From assembly GCA_000708835.1 (NCBI GenBank), contig DF236988.1, positions 124,001 through 188,000 on the forward strand: DNA of 64,000 nucleotides. The letters run 5' to 3'. Within the stretch, counting starts at the first letter, position 1. Each line of letters starts with the position of its first letter. This DNA is from Klebsormidium nitens (taxonomy: Eukaryota > Plantae > Klebsormidiophyceae). Shown piece after piece: positions 50,746 to 64,000 of the stretch. Both the position numbers and the translations under genes were made by a program. The notes beneath the pieces were generated by a model that did no database searches, had not been told where the DNA came from, and saw nothing but the letters and a program-made list of their open reading frames with translations.

Positions 50746-53700
50746 TCACTCGTCTTCTTCGTCCAGCTCTTTAAAGATCTTCTCGTCGGCGCAGTCCTCC
50801 TGCTCGCTGTCCGAGAGAACTACTTTCTTCCTGCGTTTCTGGGGCCTTCCATTCCCGCTTTCTGTCGCACGGGCTGGCAACCGCAACGACGTCGACTTTC
50901 TCTCAGGGCTTCTATCGCTCCTTGCGTCCTGCGAAACCGCCTGCTTCACTTCTGCTGCTTCCGACGGCCCTTCTTCCTCCTTCACCGCGAGATCGCTCTC
51001 GTCGACCTGATGACGCACGAATGAGGTATGTCCGGCTTCGATGGCTGCCCTCAGAGGTGCGTCGGTGACGTCAGAGGAGGCGTCTTGCCAGCTGCCGTTT
51101 TCGCCGGAGGAAGAGCTCTCGACGAGGTCTCGGGTGTCGCATGCTGTATCCTGTACCGAGGAGGCAAAGCTTTACTGAATGCGCTGATTCGTCCGAGCCA
51201 GGTTGCTGCATGTTCCTTCGCTCAATGTGCCTGCTTCAAACTTTCGGACTACAAATTAAAGGGGAGTTGTACTCCAAATGTGCTGGAATGTAAGCATGGA
51301 AGGGGGCTTCGCAGAACCAGGGGCACCCACTTGCAGTAAGTGATACATGTATCGGAAGCGCGTGCTAGACGATAAACTTTCCAAACTCACCGTCCGCAGC
51401 GTGAAGAGCTCTTTCAGCTCCTCCTTGCTGAAGTGGCGCTGGTTGTTGCTGCTCTTCTTCATCCCCTGGCCACCAGTGACCTCGGCCGCAACCTCGTCCT
51501 TGGCAATCTGGCGCTGGTAGATCTTCTCCTCGATGGTGCCCCGGGACAGCAGGCGGTAGATCACCACCGGCTTCGCCTGGCCGTCGCGCCAGATGCGCGC
51601 CATTGCCTGCAAGGGTGCCACTTTTCCATCTGACTTTGTTCCAAATCCTAATCCTACCAAATAGATCGTGTTTTGGAGGCAATCTGATTAATGAGGACGA
51701 TCAATGAGAAGCTACAGCGGGTCTTATCTCTGCCTCATGTTTAAGTCCATGCAAACACAGGCTGAATCTCTTGGAAGTGTTCTCGAGGGCCGTACAGAGG
51801 GCCGAGCTACCACTTTGCACCATCACCACTGCACGGAGGACAAGCCCTGCAAACGTTTCCTGTCAAAACGCGCGTGCCTCATGCGAGTCTGAGGCGAAAC
51901 TCTTCTGCAAGTAAGAACGAGATCAGAACGCAACGGTAGAACAAAGGAATCATGCCAGCTTCCTGACCTGCTTGTCGTTGGCCGGGTTCCAGTCCGAGTC
52001 GAACAGGACCAGTCGGTGCGCTCCAATGAGGTTCAGCCCGCACCCGCCAGCTTTCTTGGACAGCAGGAAGATGGTCTCGTTGCAGTGCCCCGCGTTGAAC
52101 CGGTTGACCATGCCCTGGCGGTCCGCAACGGCAGTCGCGCCGTCGAGGCGGAGACAGTCCCACGAGCGCCGGGTGCACTCGTCCTGAAGGAGCCGGAACG
52201 TGAGATTTGTTCTCGAGACATTCTTCCGATTGATGAAAAGGAGCTTTCTGCAGGTGCAAAATGACTAGCATTCATCCATACATCTACCATGCACCTTTGG
52301 CGGAAGTAGCACAGAGCGAATCTGCTTACGAGAAAGAAAGCTGATTGCTCGGTCTGAAAGACCAGCCGCGCACATTCCAGAGGCGCAGAAGCCCCGGGCA
52401 AAGTGTGGAATCACATTTTCAGAGGAAGTTAAATGGGGCTGTCTGATGTACATGAGCAGCGTTCCGATCGATCTATGCCACCAGGGCTGATGAGGACCGA
52501 ATTGTGTCCCGACTCTCCGTTTCAAACTCAGTTGTGGGCCTTTCATCAGCTTCAAGGAGAGAAAGAGAAAGTTTACCTGGATCACGTCCAGCGTTGCCGT
52601 CCACTCTGAGACGACGACCACCTTGTCCTTGTCTCCGCTCAGCGCGTTGTGGTCCGCGACTGCTTGCAGGATGGCCATGAGCGCCGCGAACTTGCCGGAC
52701 AGCTCGGAGCTGGCCGCCGCGTCACAGGGCCTGCTAGTGGAAAGGCATGCTGAATGGGAAAAGATACGTAGAACAGCATCCCGGAAGACGACTTGTCAGA
52801 GCGGAAGTCGTTACATGTAGCATCTCGAATTTACTGCACAAGAAAGGTGGCTTTGCAGATCAAACGCTCAACTCCGACGCGTGTGTTGGATGCTCACTTG
52901 ATTCCTCTAAAGTGCTGTCAGTCGTTGTACGACAACCTTTCTTTCGATATCTGTTTCATCAAGAACTGTTCTTTTTTCCCTGTTTGCTGTTCGGTCTGAA
53001 GCGTCTGACCGGCAAATCCTCAAACAACTAACCAGGTTTGACGCATCCGACAAACGAGATCTTACTGCATTCTGAGCCTCGGAGTGCTGCGAGATCAAGC
53101 TTGCCGATGATGACTTCAAGCGCTCACCTTTCATTCAGAAGTGTGATTGCTTCAGGCGGAACGCTGGCGTTCATGGGGCCGTCCATCTTGGCCATTTCCT
53201 GGTCTTCGATGCTGCCACGTGTCCGCTCTGGGTGGAGCAGGTGCGGGTGGTTGCAGAGTTTTCTTAGGAGGCCGATGGTGGCGAGCACCGAGTGAGCAGT
53301 CGTCGCGGTTCCGGCCATGAGCAAAGACGAGACGACCTGCGGAACGGAACGGGAAGATGCGAACGGAACAAGCGATGCGCGAGGAAGCAAAGCAAGGCGG
53401 TTTCGGAGAAAGCTGAGTGCTACTTTAGACAGATTCTTCTCAAGATTTAGCACACTGGTATTGATGAAACAAATCTCGAAAAATGTTGGAGAAGCACGGG
53501 TTGCCAACAATGTCATTACCTTTCTCAAAACGTTCTGGCATGTGTTCATACCTTTGATTGGAGAAGGGTCTGGTATAGCTCAAGCTGAAGGGGCTGCAAG
53601 TTGCAGAAAACGACGTACCTGGGCAAGAGAAGGAAAATCAAACGGCGGTTGTCCCTTTTGAGAAGAGAGACCACGTAAGGGAAGCGCTGCATGCGACGAG

Positions 53701-56700
53701 GGGACTAATTTCCTTCTTGGTACCGATACATTCTCCCAGGCCAAATATGCATAACAAACCTTGACAGCGCATCGACGGCTTCTGATATTGCAGTACCGCC
53801 GAGACACAGGAAGGAAACCACCGTTCAGCTTACATTACGAGTCTTGACTCTGGTCAAAGGGAACACAGGTAGACTTACTCCGTTCGTGGAGGCAGGTACT
53901 TCGCGTTGACTTCCGAGGTCCTCCGCAGCACGAAGAGCTGCGTGCGCTTCTGCAGCTCAGCGGAGCGCTCCTCTCCGAGAAGCTTCTCATCGTCCCTGAA
54001 GGCATGAACCTCTCTTGTCGCTTGTGCGTATGAGTAGTTCCAAAAAAAGGCAAAGTGAAGCCAGGTGTTCCGAGATTGCTAGCAAGCCCTTAAAGTCTCA
54101 AGGTGGTCTTGATCGTACTTGTATCCAGGATGACTTCAGTGAAGGAGGCAGCGTATCTCGTGCATTGCTTGATCAAGCAGCGTCATTTACTGACTTACGT
54201 CGCCGTCCTGTCTCTGCTTCTTTCGATAGGGTCGGCGTAGAGGCGCTTGAAGGTAGGCAAAGTGCCTAGCAGCTCAGGAGCAATGAACGATATCTGCATA
54301 GGGATTGGAGTACATCAAGAAACTGGCCGTGCGGCAGAAATCACCAAAAGCCATGCAGAATAAATGAATCCGCTTATCGAGCCGCCTGCGCATGCATAAT
54401 TGTGTTTTGCCGATTCGATGTTCAGTACGGCAAAGAAAAGGCAGGAAAAGAAGCCGAGAGAAGATAGAGTAACATCTGAAGGCAGGTCTTCCTCACCATG
54501 GCAAAGAACTCGCTCAGGTTGTTCTGCAATGGGGTTCCACTCTGCGAGATACGAAAACCCATCGATCAGGCCAGGCGATGGACAGAGATTGTTCTCAAAG
54601 GGTCAAGGACATGCTGTTTTCTCAAAGACCAACAGCTCGGTAAGAATAAGTAAAAGCTTTCTTACCAGCAACACTCGCCGCGGGCACTTCAGTGACTGCA
54701 GGGCCTCAATTGTCTTGTTGCCAGCGCTGCAGAAAATAGCGCATCTGGTCGGAAACAGATGCGGTTTCAGAGAAGCTATGCCAAATGCACCCCGATATAG
54801 TCAATCGGTATCAGGTTGACGTTAGATACACAGTCAAGGTTCCCCGCTGCAGTCACATCTCTTCGCGTCCAACTGCATTAACTTACCTGTTCTTTAGCCG
54901 ATGAGCCTCATCGCAGATCTGCACAACCACCGCGAAGTACAACTCAGAAGGCAAGTCGGCCGCCGCTCAAAGAGCACAGTTACGCCTTAAAGCGTGCAAC
55001 CATCATTAGGCAGAAAAAGCTGTTTCATGGCCACTTTCAGGTTGATTACGACTTAGACGAAGAAGCATTGCGACAGCGTGAAGTGCCCGGGGCTGTGTTT
55101 GTGGATTTTACGTGTGCAAAATCTGGTAGGCAAGGACAAGGGCCTCACCAGGAGCTCACACTTTGCCTCCGCAATCTTCGCTGAGTACTTCCGAGCTAGC
55201 TCGTAGGATGTGATTAGGAGAGGCCAAACGTTGCCGTTGGTGAAGTCATCGAACTTCGACTTCGCCTGCACCGAAAAATCTCATGTAGAAGCTGGAGTCA
55301 TGTAAAGAATCTGCATCTTGCATTCAAGGAGGTAACCGACAGAACGACCGTTCATTAGCGATTATGCAGCACTGAGTTGGTCGAGCTCCGAGAATGTGAG
55401 CAATCAGCGGTCATCGACTTGCTCACGTCCGCTGCTGCAGTTCCCGCATGGATTGCCAGCGCTCTCAGACGCTCCAGTCCGAGCCACTTCTTCACCTGCG
55501 CCGGATCGGAGATGCCTTAAAGCAGAAGGAGAATTTTTGTGCGAAGCTGAGGAGCAGATGGACGAAGCCTATGACCGTGATAAAGTGCTGCGAATGTCAC
55601 GACCCACGACAGACATGTCTCTTGATCAATGCCAAGTGTGCAGGACGTATCCTTGGAGTGATCGCCGGGCGGGCCAAAGTCAGGCTGACGGGAACAGTTC
55701 GAGCTCGCCGAAGGTCTCACCTCGCTCGCCCAGTTTTCAACCAAGGATGACGGGCACACCTGCATCAATAACAGGGTTGGTTAGTGCGACAGCGGAATAG
55801 AATTTTGGTTTCAATCGACTCATCTGCCAAGGATGAAAGACGTTGAAAGTAGGAGAGAATTGTGTAGGTATAGCAAGCCTTCTGATTCGTGTTTCTTACC
55901 ACTATTGCGCGTCGAATCGCTGGCTTTCCCAGGGGTCCCTGCAAAGGAGTAGAGAACCGGCTTGCTAGTAAAGAAATGGAGGGAATGCGGCCCATAAGCG
56001 GTCCGGATTCACTTTATGAGGACTGTTTTATCTCTTCCAGCTTACAGGTTAAACAAGAAAGGCGTCTGAAAGCATTTCCATATTCACGTCGGCATTTTGA
56101 GAGAGTGTGTCGTACACATGAAAACCATATCTCCGAATCAGTAGGCTCGAGTTATTCACCTGTTTCAGCAGGGTCCAGATCAACGTCAAAGTCTGCAACG
56201 TTTTCCCCAGGCCCATCTGCCGGCCCAGAAAGGCTGTTAAGCAGGGAATAGCTCCTCAAAGAGGAAAAATCGTTTATTGGTGAGCGAAGACCTCAAAGTG
56301 CAAGAGATCACTTCCACTCATTGCTCGAGAAGGATATGTCAGCAGCTCGTTGTGAAACTCCTGTGTGATCCTCGTTGTCAGGCTGCAGGCTCGCTTTCAG
56401 ATCATGGATGCTTTCTCTACAAAACCTTGCCCGGCTGGCTCGGCAAACATTGAGAAGGAGTCTCAAAAGGTGACGCAGAAGGGGGCGCAATTGGACAGAG
56501 ATTGTTGCAACAGCCTTGCTTGTTTCGTAGCCGCTTGGACTTACCTCATCCGCTGCAAAGAGAATGAGAAAAGATTTCTTGGCATCGTTTCGGATTGATA
56601 TACGAATGGCAAGGGAGTTGAGCTTCACAGCTGCCTTAGATGAGACGGATTTGACCAATAGAAAGGACTGCCGTCGTATCGATGCTGCCCTCATGTTCAG

Positions 56701-59008
56701 ATGAAGGATCCGCACAGAACGGAAATGCGATGTAGCGCCAAGAGCTGCCAAGAAAGAACTTCGCAAAGCGCAGGTCACGTACCAAGCAAGCATCCTGACG
56801 ATGTTGCAGTCTGAAGTCCCATGACGCACCTGCAAAGCAGGGTAACTCTGGCCAATGTGGAACTTCGACCTTAAAAGGGTGCTGCTATTGGCTTTGCTTG
56901 CTTGAGCTTATAGCAGCATCCTTCTTTGATTCGACCATTCCCCATAAATTTTGTCCTGTAATCATCAGATGCATTCTTACTATCTTACAGAAACTGAATA
57001 GAAGACTTCGTGCAGTATCCGAAGTCAGGTCACCACGGTGGAAAGTTCGAGGCAGTAACCTTTACCTGTACATAAAGCGCACCCCCTCCTTCTGATGTGG
57101 CCGTAGTTTGCTCGCCAAGAACTGCAGATGGTTCCAAAGACGTTGGTTTTAATCCAAGTCTTAAGGAAGCGTTTAAGATCCAATCGCTTTAAGGCAGGTG
57201 ATGCAAGCAGTCCGTAAATCCTGGATTTTTCGATGCGTTGCTAGAAGCCTCGCGCAAGTCTTACCGGATCAACCACAATGGTACAGGTTCTGCCTCCAGA
57301 TTCGTGCTTGTCGAGCACTGTAGAAGCCTGCATCGCAAAATCCTCTGATTGTCATTTGAGATCAGACCTGAGTCTTCATTGCTGCGAACTTCTTCAACAA
57401 GAGAAAGCGGCATGGGAGGAGGGCTGATCCTGCGCTGGAAATGTAGCAGGATCTTTCAGGAGATCTCGAAAACGTCCTTCGAAAAGTCCTGTGGATTTTA
57501 CCGCTTACCTCATCAAGGGTGTAGCGACAAACTGCGATTTGTGCTTGACTGCACAGTCAGGAGACGAAATCTGTTAAAGCTGTGAAACATACCAGATGTT
57601 TTAAGAGGAAACGTTCTCTGAAGTGCTCTAAAACTGCGGAGTACGAGAAAGCAGGAGTCATGGGGCCTCTTCTTTTTCAGACCATGCTGTGCAATGGTCT
57701 AAAGTTGAAGGGCTTGTTCAGCGACTTGCAGATCCCTGGATGCGGCACATTTTGTTTCCTTATAAGGAGAATATAGATGCACACATATGGAACATGGCTT
57801 CTGCTCATTCGCGCTTCAACTCAATTGGATATTACCTCGACTTTTGGGCATCAGTCTTCCAATGGAGCCCCTTTTTGAAGGGCTTTGCAGGCTTCGGGAC
57901 GAAGTTTGGCCCCTCGTTGTCTTTCACTTCACTTGCACTGGATCCGGAAACTCCTATGAAGCAACTGCCATCCAAGTATGAAGAAGCTGGCAGTCGTCCA
58001 AAGATTTCAAGCTCCCATGACCCAATCTGCAAAAGAAAGTCCAGAGTATCTTGCTTCTCAACAAAGGCAGCTGATAATCTGGAGACTATTGACGTCGACG
58101 CATGAACACGAGGTGACTCAGGAAAGCAGTATATTTCTGGACTGCATTGTAGAGAAAGGGTTGCGAATCCCCTTTCAGAGCAAGATAAAAGTCTGCAGGT
58201 GAGCTGATGCTCAGCGCTGACCTCCAACGTTGCCCCCTCAGGCATGTCAGTGCAAGCTTTTGCTGTTGTCCTTCCCACGACCTTGCCTGCAAATGGACAC
58301 AGCAATTGACACGGGCTTACTTGAATTCCAAGCTTATTCACTGACCGTTAAAAGGAGGGAGAGTTTTCCCATAGTGCAACCACCATCAAGGAGCATTTTC
58401 ATAATTTGCGAGGATCAGCCACAGCCCCAGTCGAAGTGAGACGTTCAATCAAGCTGTAGATCATGACCTTTTCTGTATGAAGTGAGAGTGCTCTGAGCCC
58501 TACCATCGTGGCCGTACAGGCAGCATTTAGTATCTAGGACTTGGAGTACACCATCCTGCAGTGACGGTTTCTTTTTCTTTGACGATCTGGCAGAGTAAAG
58601 GCAGGTATAATAGCTTGCTCTTGTGGCACCACTTTCTTCTTTCCGGGCTGCTGTGGGTTTGGAGCCCAAGCTGGCTCCATCCTTTTTATTCTCCTTCCCT
58701 AAGGCTGGTTGCTGAACCTTAGCAGGAGCTTTGAAGGGCTTTGATTTGGAGCCAGTAGTGGTGCTCGTGTTTTGATGAGCTCCTGCAATTGCATCACTAG
58801 AGGTATTCTGATGTGGACGTAGTGCTGTAGGACGTGCAGAGGTTGCACATTGATTCATGGGCGCCTGCTCATCATTTTGCTGCTGATCTGAAGCTGCCAA
58901 GCCTAATCCTTTCCCTGCTGCTGCCTTCTTGCTTGGGTCGCTTCTCTGAAAGGGGCTGCAAAACTTAGCTTTCAGAACCTGCTTGGGATGCTTGCTACTC
59001 CCATCCAT
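50746..59008 (-). CDS. RAD54B: SNF2-family DNA translocase, RAD54/RAD54B-like, with many short exons
   Basis: Exons encode LRPHQKEGVRFMY (57121-57066), GCLL|ADE|MGLGKTLQ (56829-56783, 56552-56545, 56216-56160), VCPSSLVENWASE, ICDEAHRLKN (54918-54887), [85 protein letters not shown]. ATG at 59008, last exon 51150-50746. Exons at about 57250-57830 are not fully resolved. RAD54B versus RAD54 is judged from the N-terminus. Confidence 0.85.
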
Positions 59009-60659
59009 TTCTCAGGTTGAGGAATTAGGGCCTCAGAGAAAGCCTAGCGCTAGTTCATCCTTCTAGGATCTGCGCCGCTAGTATTGACGCCAATGACATT
59101 GGCAGTCTGGACATTGCGACAAGTCCAGGCTACCTCTCAGAGAAGCAAACAATTCTCGAAAGTCTCCTCTCAGCCTCCTGTTCTCAGATGTTGCATTGCG
59201 TGGCCCCCAGCACTGCAGCGCTGCATGGAAGGCACCCAGGTGGTGGTTCCTCTGTCAATCAGAGTTCCTGCCTAGCCGAGTCTAGCCTCTATGTACACAT
59301 TGCACTGGCGCCTGCCTGCATGAGCTTTGCCTCTTTACCTGAGGCTTTGGCCAACAATATTGCAATGCCAATGGTGACTTTCATTCATCTCCTCAAGGCT
59401 CAAGACGGTCACACTCATCAGATGCAGCTGGCGATCCAGTCGCACCGGAATTGAATTTGAAATTAAATTTAAAGTCGCTCACGGGAGTTCGTCGCGTCAA
59501 ATCCTGCAGGGTTTGCGACTCGGCCTCCTGGTAACGTCAACCGGGTCAGCATCCACTCGGGAAGCTGCCGGTTGGGTACCTTACGTCTCGCTCAGTTGGT
59601 CCGATCGGCCCGGGTGGGTCTCTAAATCCCCGGGCTAGCTCGGGCAGTTGCCCCTTGCGGCCGCGCAAGCGGCCAAACTTGCTCGCGCACGGCCATGCGC
59701 AGGAAGGAGACTCAGACATGCAGCTATACCTTTTCAGCTGGAGGATTCCACATGACCGTTCTGACTTCTGAGTCTCAGTCTGAGCAACACAAGCGTTCTT
59801 AATTTCACGGAGGCATTGTGAGGTGGAAGCCAGTGATCACCATTGCGGACAAACTGCTGCCGGTGAATGCAACGACAGGAAAGGGAGAAGGGTGGCATTG
59901 AAAAATGGCAAATGCGCTGAAATTGGGGCTGAAGTCTTCAGTCTTTGAACTGTGTGCTTGCAAGGCTTCCAATGCCCAAGGATACACCAATGCAGTGGTG
60001 GTAAGTCTTCTCTGTTATGCTCACTCGTCGCCACAGCATTTGATTTTGTGTTGCTTCTGGTTGATGGTGGTGGTGCTGACTGTCTCTTAAAAAGATAACA
60101 TTATCTGTCATACTTGTGAGGGAGCTGCATTCGGGGGAATCTTGTGGTTGTCCTTGCGAAGGGTGGTATTTAGCCATGCCCTAATTCTCTGTAGTGCTTA
60201 GCGATATCAAGAACTTGCTGTTGGTGACAAGAAGTCAGCAATGCACAAGGAAGATAGAAAGTTCTGTTTCCCACAATCTGTTTCTGGAAATTCAGGTGGC
60301 TTGCAAGTCCCAATGAGCATGGCAACTTTCTCCATTCTTCGTGTCAGAATTGCCATATATCTGAAAGGGAATTGGGAGAATGAGCGCACCTTGTGACACT
60401 ACACTGACCATTTTGGGATATGCTGACTGCGACAATTGATTGGTGTGCGCCTGGGATGTGGCGCAATGTTCTCATTTTCTAATACCGCTGCGTATTCCTC
60501 CAGGACAGACTCTCAACAAACCACACTCAAAACAAGACCTTTCTGATAGACATTTCAAACTTCAATACATCGACAGTTGCTCCCATTAGAATCCGGGCTT
60601 TGGATATCCTAGCCTCTAAAGACTCAGCTCGCCTTCATTATCCTGAATATTCAAGCTCC

Positions 60660-63600
60660 ATGCAGGTTGCTCCCAGATTGTCAGCAAAGGGATGGTCAAA
60701 GAAGGAATTGGCAGCATGGACTCGCGTGCAAGTCACTGGGTCAATGGAAGTCCACAGGTCAGTGCATGTCAGCTTGTTGTCGGGGCGCGTCATTGGTGCA
60801 CAGTGATGACTCCTCAGCGGAGGCTAATGTAAGCATCGCAACAAATAACCTGAGCGGGCAGATCGCTTGTCAGATGTTAGTGCCCCTATGACTGTTCCTT
60901 GTGAAATTTATGCAGGCGCATGGGTCTGATTGGACTTGACCTATAACCCCACAAACTGAGGGTGAAGAAATACATGTTTTCAGCATATATACTTGAGGAC
61001 CTCTGTCAAATTACTGCACAAAGTTTTCTTGTACTATCTCCAGAAACAAAAGTTCTACAGTAACTCTGTTCCCACCTTGCAGGCATGTGACGAAGCACCA
61101 ACACTTTTCAGAACCGTTAAAAGGGAAGCGGAGAGCAGCTGTCATGAGAGCAGCTTCTGTGGAAGCCGAGGCGGGGCCGCAAGTTGTTGTGACGCGAGAG
61201 CAAGGCAAGAACGGAAAGCTTGTCAAAGCCCTGGTGAGGATAGTAGTTGCTGAACTCTACTCGTCTCTTGATGTCAATCCGTGTAGGTGTGTTGAGAAAA
61301 AAATGCCTTCCTCTGTACACATTTGCCCAGAATGAAGAAATCATGTAAATACCCACATCATTACCCAGGTGATCACACGAGTTGGCAAAGAAGAATGTCC
61401 ACAGTTATACCCAGGGTCGGTTACAAAGGATGTACCATCCAGGCTGGAACTCTTAATGTGCAGGAGAAGCAGCTAATCTACGTGTTTCCGATTGGATCCA
61501 GTCTCTTCCTTGTTTACGCAGATGGTTCACCTGTGGCAGTCCGTTTTGCAAGGTCGCATGTTCATGCACCATCGAAGGCCAAGCTCGTTGTGGCCTCTCC
61601 CGAATCCCTAGCATGACCTCTGAACATTCAGTGTCGACTTGAGACGGTTCTGGAGCATCTCCAATCGATTTAAACTGACTGTATTATCCTTCGATTGCCA
61701 GGCGGCACATGGCATCAAGTGCTTAGAGCTACCATTGATCGAACATCGAGAAGGCCCTGACGTTCATCGCCTGCCCCAGGTGTTGAAAGGTCTGTAAGAC
61801 TACCTTGTCTGATGCAGCTTTTTGAAGCAAGAAGCTCTGATTGTCCTTTCAAATCGTCTTGATAAAACAGAGAAGCTCTTAAAGCCTCGTATCTGGCCTG
61901 TTAGGTGAGATCACTTCGCTTGTGCGCAGCGGTTCAAGTCAATGACTTGTCTCAGCTGTTTCTCGTCGTACTCGCAGAGGAAACTTGGGATTGGATCATA
62001 ATCACGTCCCCGGAAGCTGCCACCGTCTTCTTGGAGGGATGGAGGTGAGAAAAGACTTTCAGGCCGCTCCGAGATATGACCAGCATTTACATGTTTTTCG
62101 AGCGAACAAACACATATTTGGACGTTTCTGAACGACATAAGGCAACGACTTTTCGGCAGATCAAACGCAAAACCAGACTCGCACTGATGACTCAATAGGG
62201 TGGAATGATTTGCTACTTCTTCAAATCTACTCTGTGACATAAGTGCATGAGTCAGCGTTCCTTGCCAAGTAATCTGGAGCCCGTCTTTCGGAGCAGGGCC
62301 TATCAGCTCGAAGCAGGGACTTCGTATTCTGCTATCTTAATTTTACCTGCATCCCTCGACATTCGTTTGCAGCCTCTCTTGTCGCTCACTCTATTCAAGT
62401 TCAGTGCTGTCTTTCTACTGCAGGGCTGCGGGGCGACCAAAGGTCCGCCTGTCGGTTGTCGGAGCAGGCACTGGGACGGTCCTCGAGGAAGCGCCGGAAG
62501 CGGACGATTTGCGGCCCGAGTTTACGCCGTCAAAAGGTAAGAAGTGCAGGCGCTGAAGAAGCGGGGGTCCACTTGTGTCGCTTTGACAGTTAGTATGAGC
62601 TTCGACAGTTTCGTGCAAGAGTAGAAGACTAAGGTTGGCATGAAGAGTATGGGTTTAGCTGACGGCCTATCACAGAATCAGAGCGTTGATTGCTTTTGAA
62701 GGTGAAGGAAACGTTCAAGATCCAGCGCCTTCTTGAGCTGCGCACGTTGTCTTTCTGTGCCCCGGCAGCCTTTCCGTAAAGCTCCACTTTGCAACAACCG
62801 CAACCGCAACGCAACCGCACCGCCAACGAGGAGACTGTCGACTAATCTCTCTTCCTTTTGGTAGTTGCTGTAAATTCGGTAGAGTAGGTACGGCTTTTAC
62901 CAATAGTTGTGCTTTAAAAATGTCAAGACGAGGCGCTAACTGGCAATCCACGGCTTTTAAGGATGACTTCGAGCCTACCAGAAAAGCCTTCCTCGGAGCC
63001 ATGGTTATCGATTGACCATCTCGGGTGCGCTTGTGTGCAGCAACGGCCAAGGTGTTGGCGGTTGAGATCCCCGAGCCACAACCCGGAAGTAGAGTGCTCT
63101 ATCCAGCCTCAGTCAAGGCCGGCAGCGACCTACGTAAGTTTTCCAACTCGCGCAATTGCCTGGACGCATCAGTCCGATCTTGTGGATTTGTAAAGCTTTG
63201 TCTTGAGTGTCGCTGCTTCCTCTTGGTGTACTAAGGTCTGAGAAAGCTCTTTTGGGCTGGGAGACCATGGACTGTGAAGCTTTTTCACAGACCATGTAAG
63301 ACGCTGATAAAAAGACGATGTACCGAGGCTCTCTTGAAGGCTTTTCTTTCTCCTGAGTAGCTTTGGACGAATCTGGACCCTCAGCCCGCAAGTCGTCGTC
63401 TCAAAAAAGTGCATTTTGACCCCTGGTTTCATTGGCCTCCGCAGAAGAAGGGCTTGAAGCACGAGGCTTTAAAGTCACGCGCCTAAACACCTATTCTACG
63501 GTGAGGCCTACAAATCCGACTTTCTGAGGGAGACGATACAAAAGAAAGCGCTGGCTCAATATTACTTTGGTCTGCTGGGGGAAGCCCTTCGCGGATAGCT

Positions 63601-63990
63601 CGACATTTGGGGCAGCCGCGCTTCTTTTCCGCTGTTTGACGGAATGGACGGTCCACCTTTGCTTGATTTACCGCTCAATGAGCCATTCGGATGTCTGCTT
63701 TCCTGCGACGAGCTCTATGGCGCGGCTGCCCACCTTTCACATAACCACTCGTGCCGTCTGGCTGCTCGGAAGATCTTCTAGAGAAGTTGCCTGGGAAGCA
63801 TCAGTGAGGGAATTCAGCGACTTCCCCTCAGCGGACGTAAGCGTCGGTGGCATCCAAGCACATCAATCATCCGACCGATGCCTTGTTGCTTGTTCCTTGC
63901 GCAGGAAACTGTTCGGACAGTTGACCCGAATGCACTGGCAGCTGCTGCAGACGCCCCGGTCGCCACCTTTGCCTCTCCGACTGCCGTCAA
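60660..63990 (+). CDS. UROS: Uroporphyrinogen-III synthase (plastid type), truncated at window end; start codon tentative
   Basis: Exons 60660-60757 (tentative), 61083-61233, 61702-61789, 61978-62044, 62424-62536, 63041-63133, 63445-63500, 63905-63990: PQVVVTREQGKNGKL, CLELPLIEH, WDWIIITSPEAA, VVGAGTG, FTPSKATAKVLA, VLYPASVKAG, GFKVTRLNTYST, FASPTAV. Confidence 0.9.
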
Positions 63991-64000
63991 GTAAGGTCTC

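Noticed and set aside
59659-59674. GGCCGC-GCAA-GCGGCC tetraloop hairpin in the RAD54B/UROS spacer
   Set aside because: A 6-bp stem is expected by chance in GC-rich promoter DNA, and no larger RNA fold was evident.

Overview
Intron-rich, gene-dense eukaryotic nuclear DNA (GT-AG introns, GC-rich exons). The mix of a flagellar gene (CFAP77) with land-plant-type genes (RBL11, plastid-type PurH and UROS, plant-type GET1) suggests a streptophyte green alga such as a Klebsormidium-like organism; this is inference. I reconstructed 12 genes by hand and checked splice phases for all fully resolved models: CFAP77(+), a single-ORF DUG3-DUG2 fusion(-), NOL9/GRC3(+), SYS1(-), purH(+), a CYP85-clan/CYP120-like P450(-), REV7(-), RBL11(+), GET1(-), a small uncharacterised protein(+), RAD54B-like(-) and UROS/hemD(+, runs off the window). 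The top result is the small gene at 48234-49517. It has an in-frame TGA (48363-48365) where land-plant homologues, as I recall them, have Cys, and a well-formed type-II SECIS-like hairpin (49553-49617) just after its stop. It is a candidate new selenoprotein family without a thioredoxin-type motif. The second result is a 15-exon, 1347-aa GATase-II + WD40 + inactive M20 peptidase protein that fuses both subunits of the supposedly fungal glutathione-degrading Dug2-Dug3 complex. Three genes also carry intronic duplications of an acceptor site plus exon start. All family assignments come from motif recognition, not database searches.
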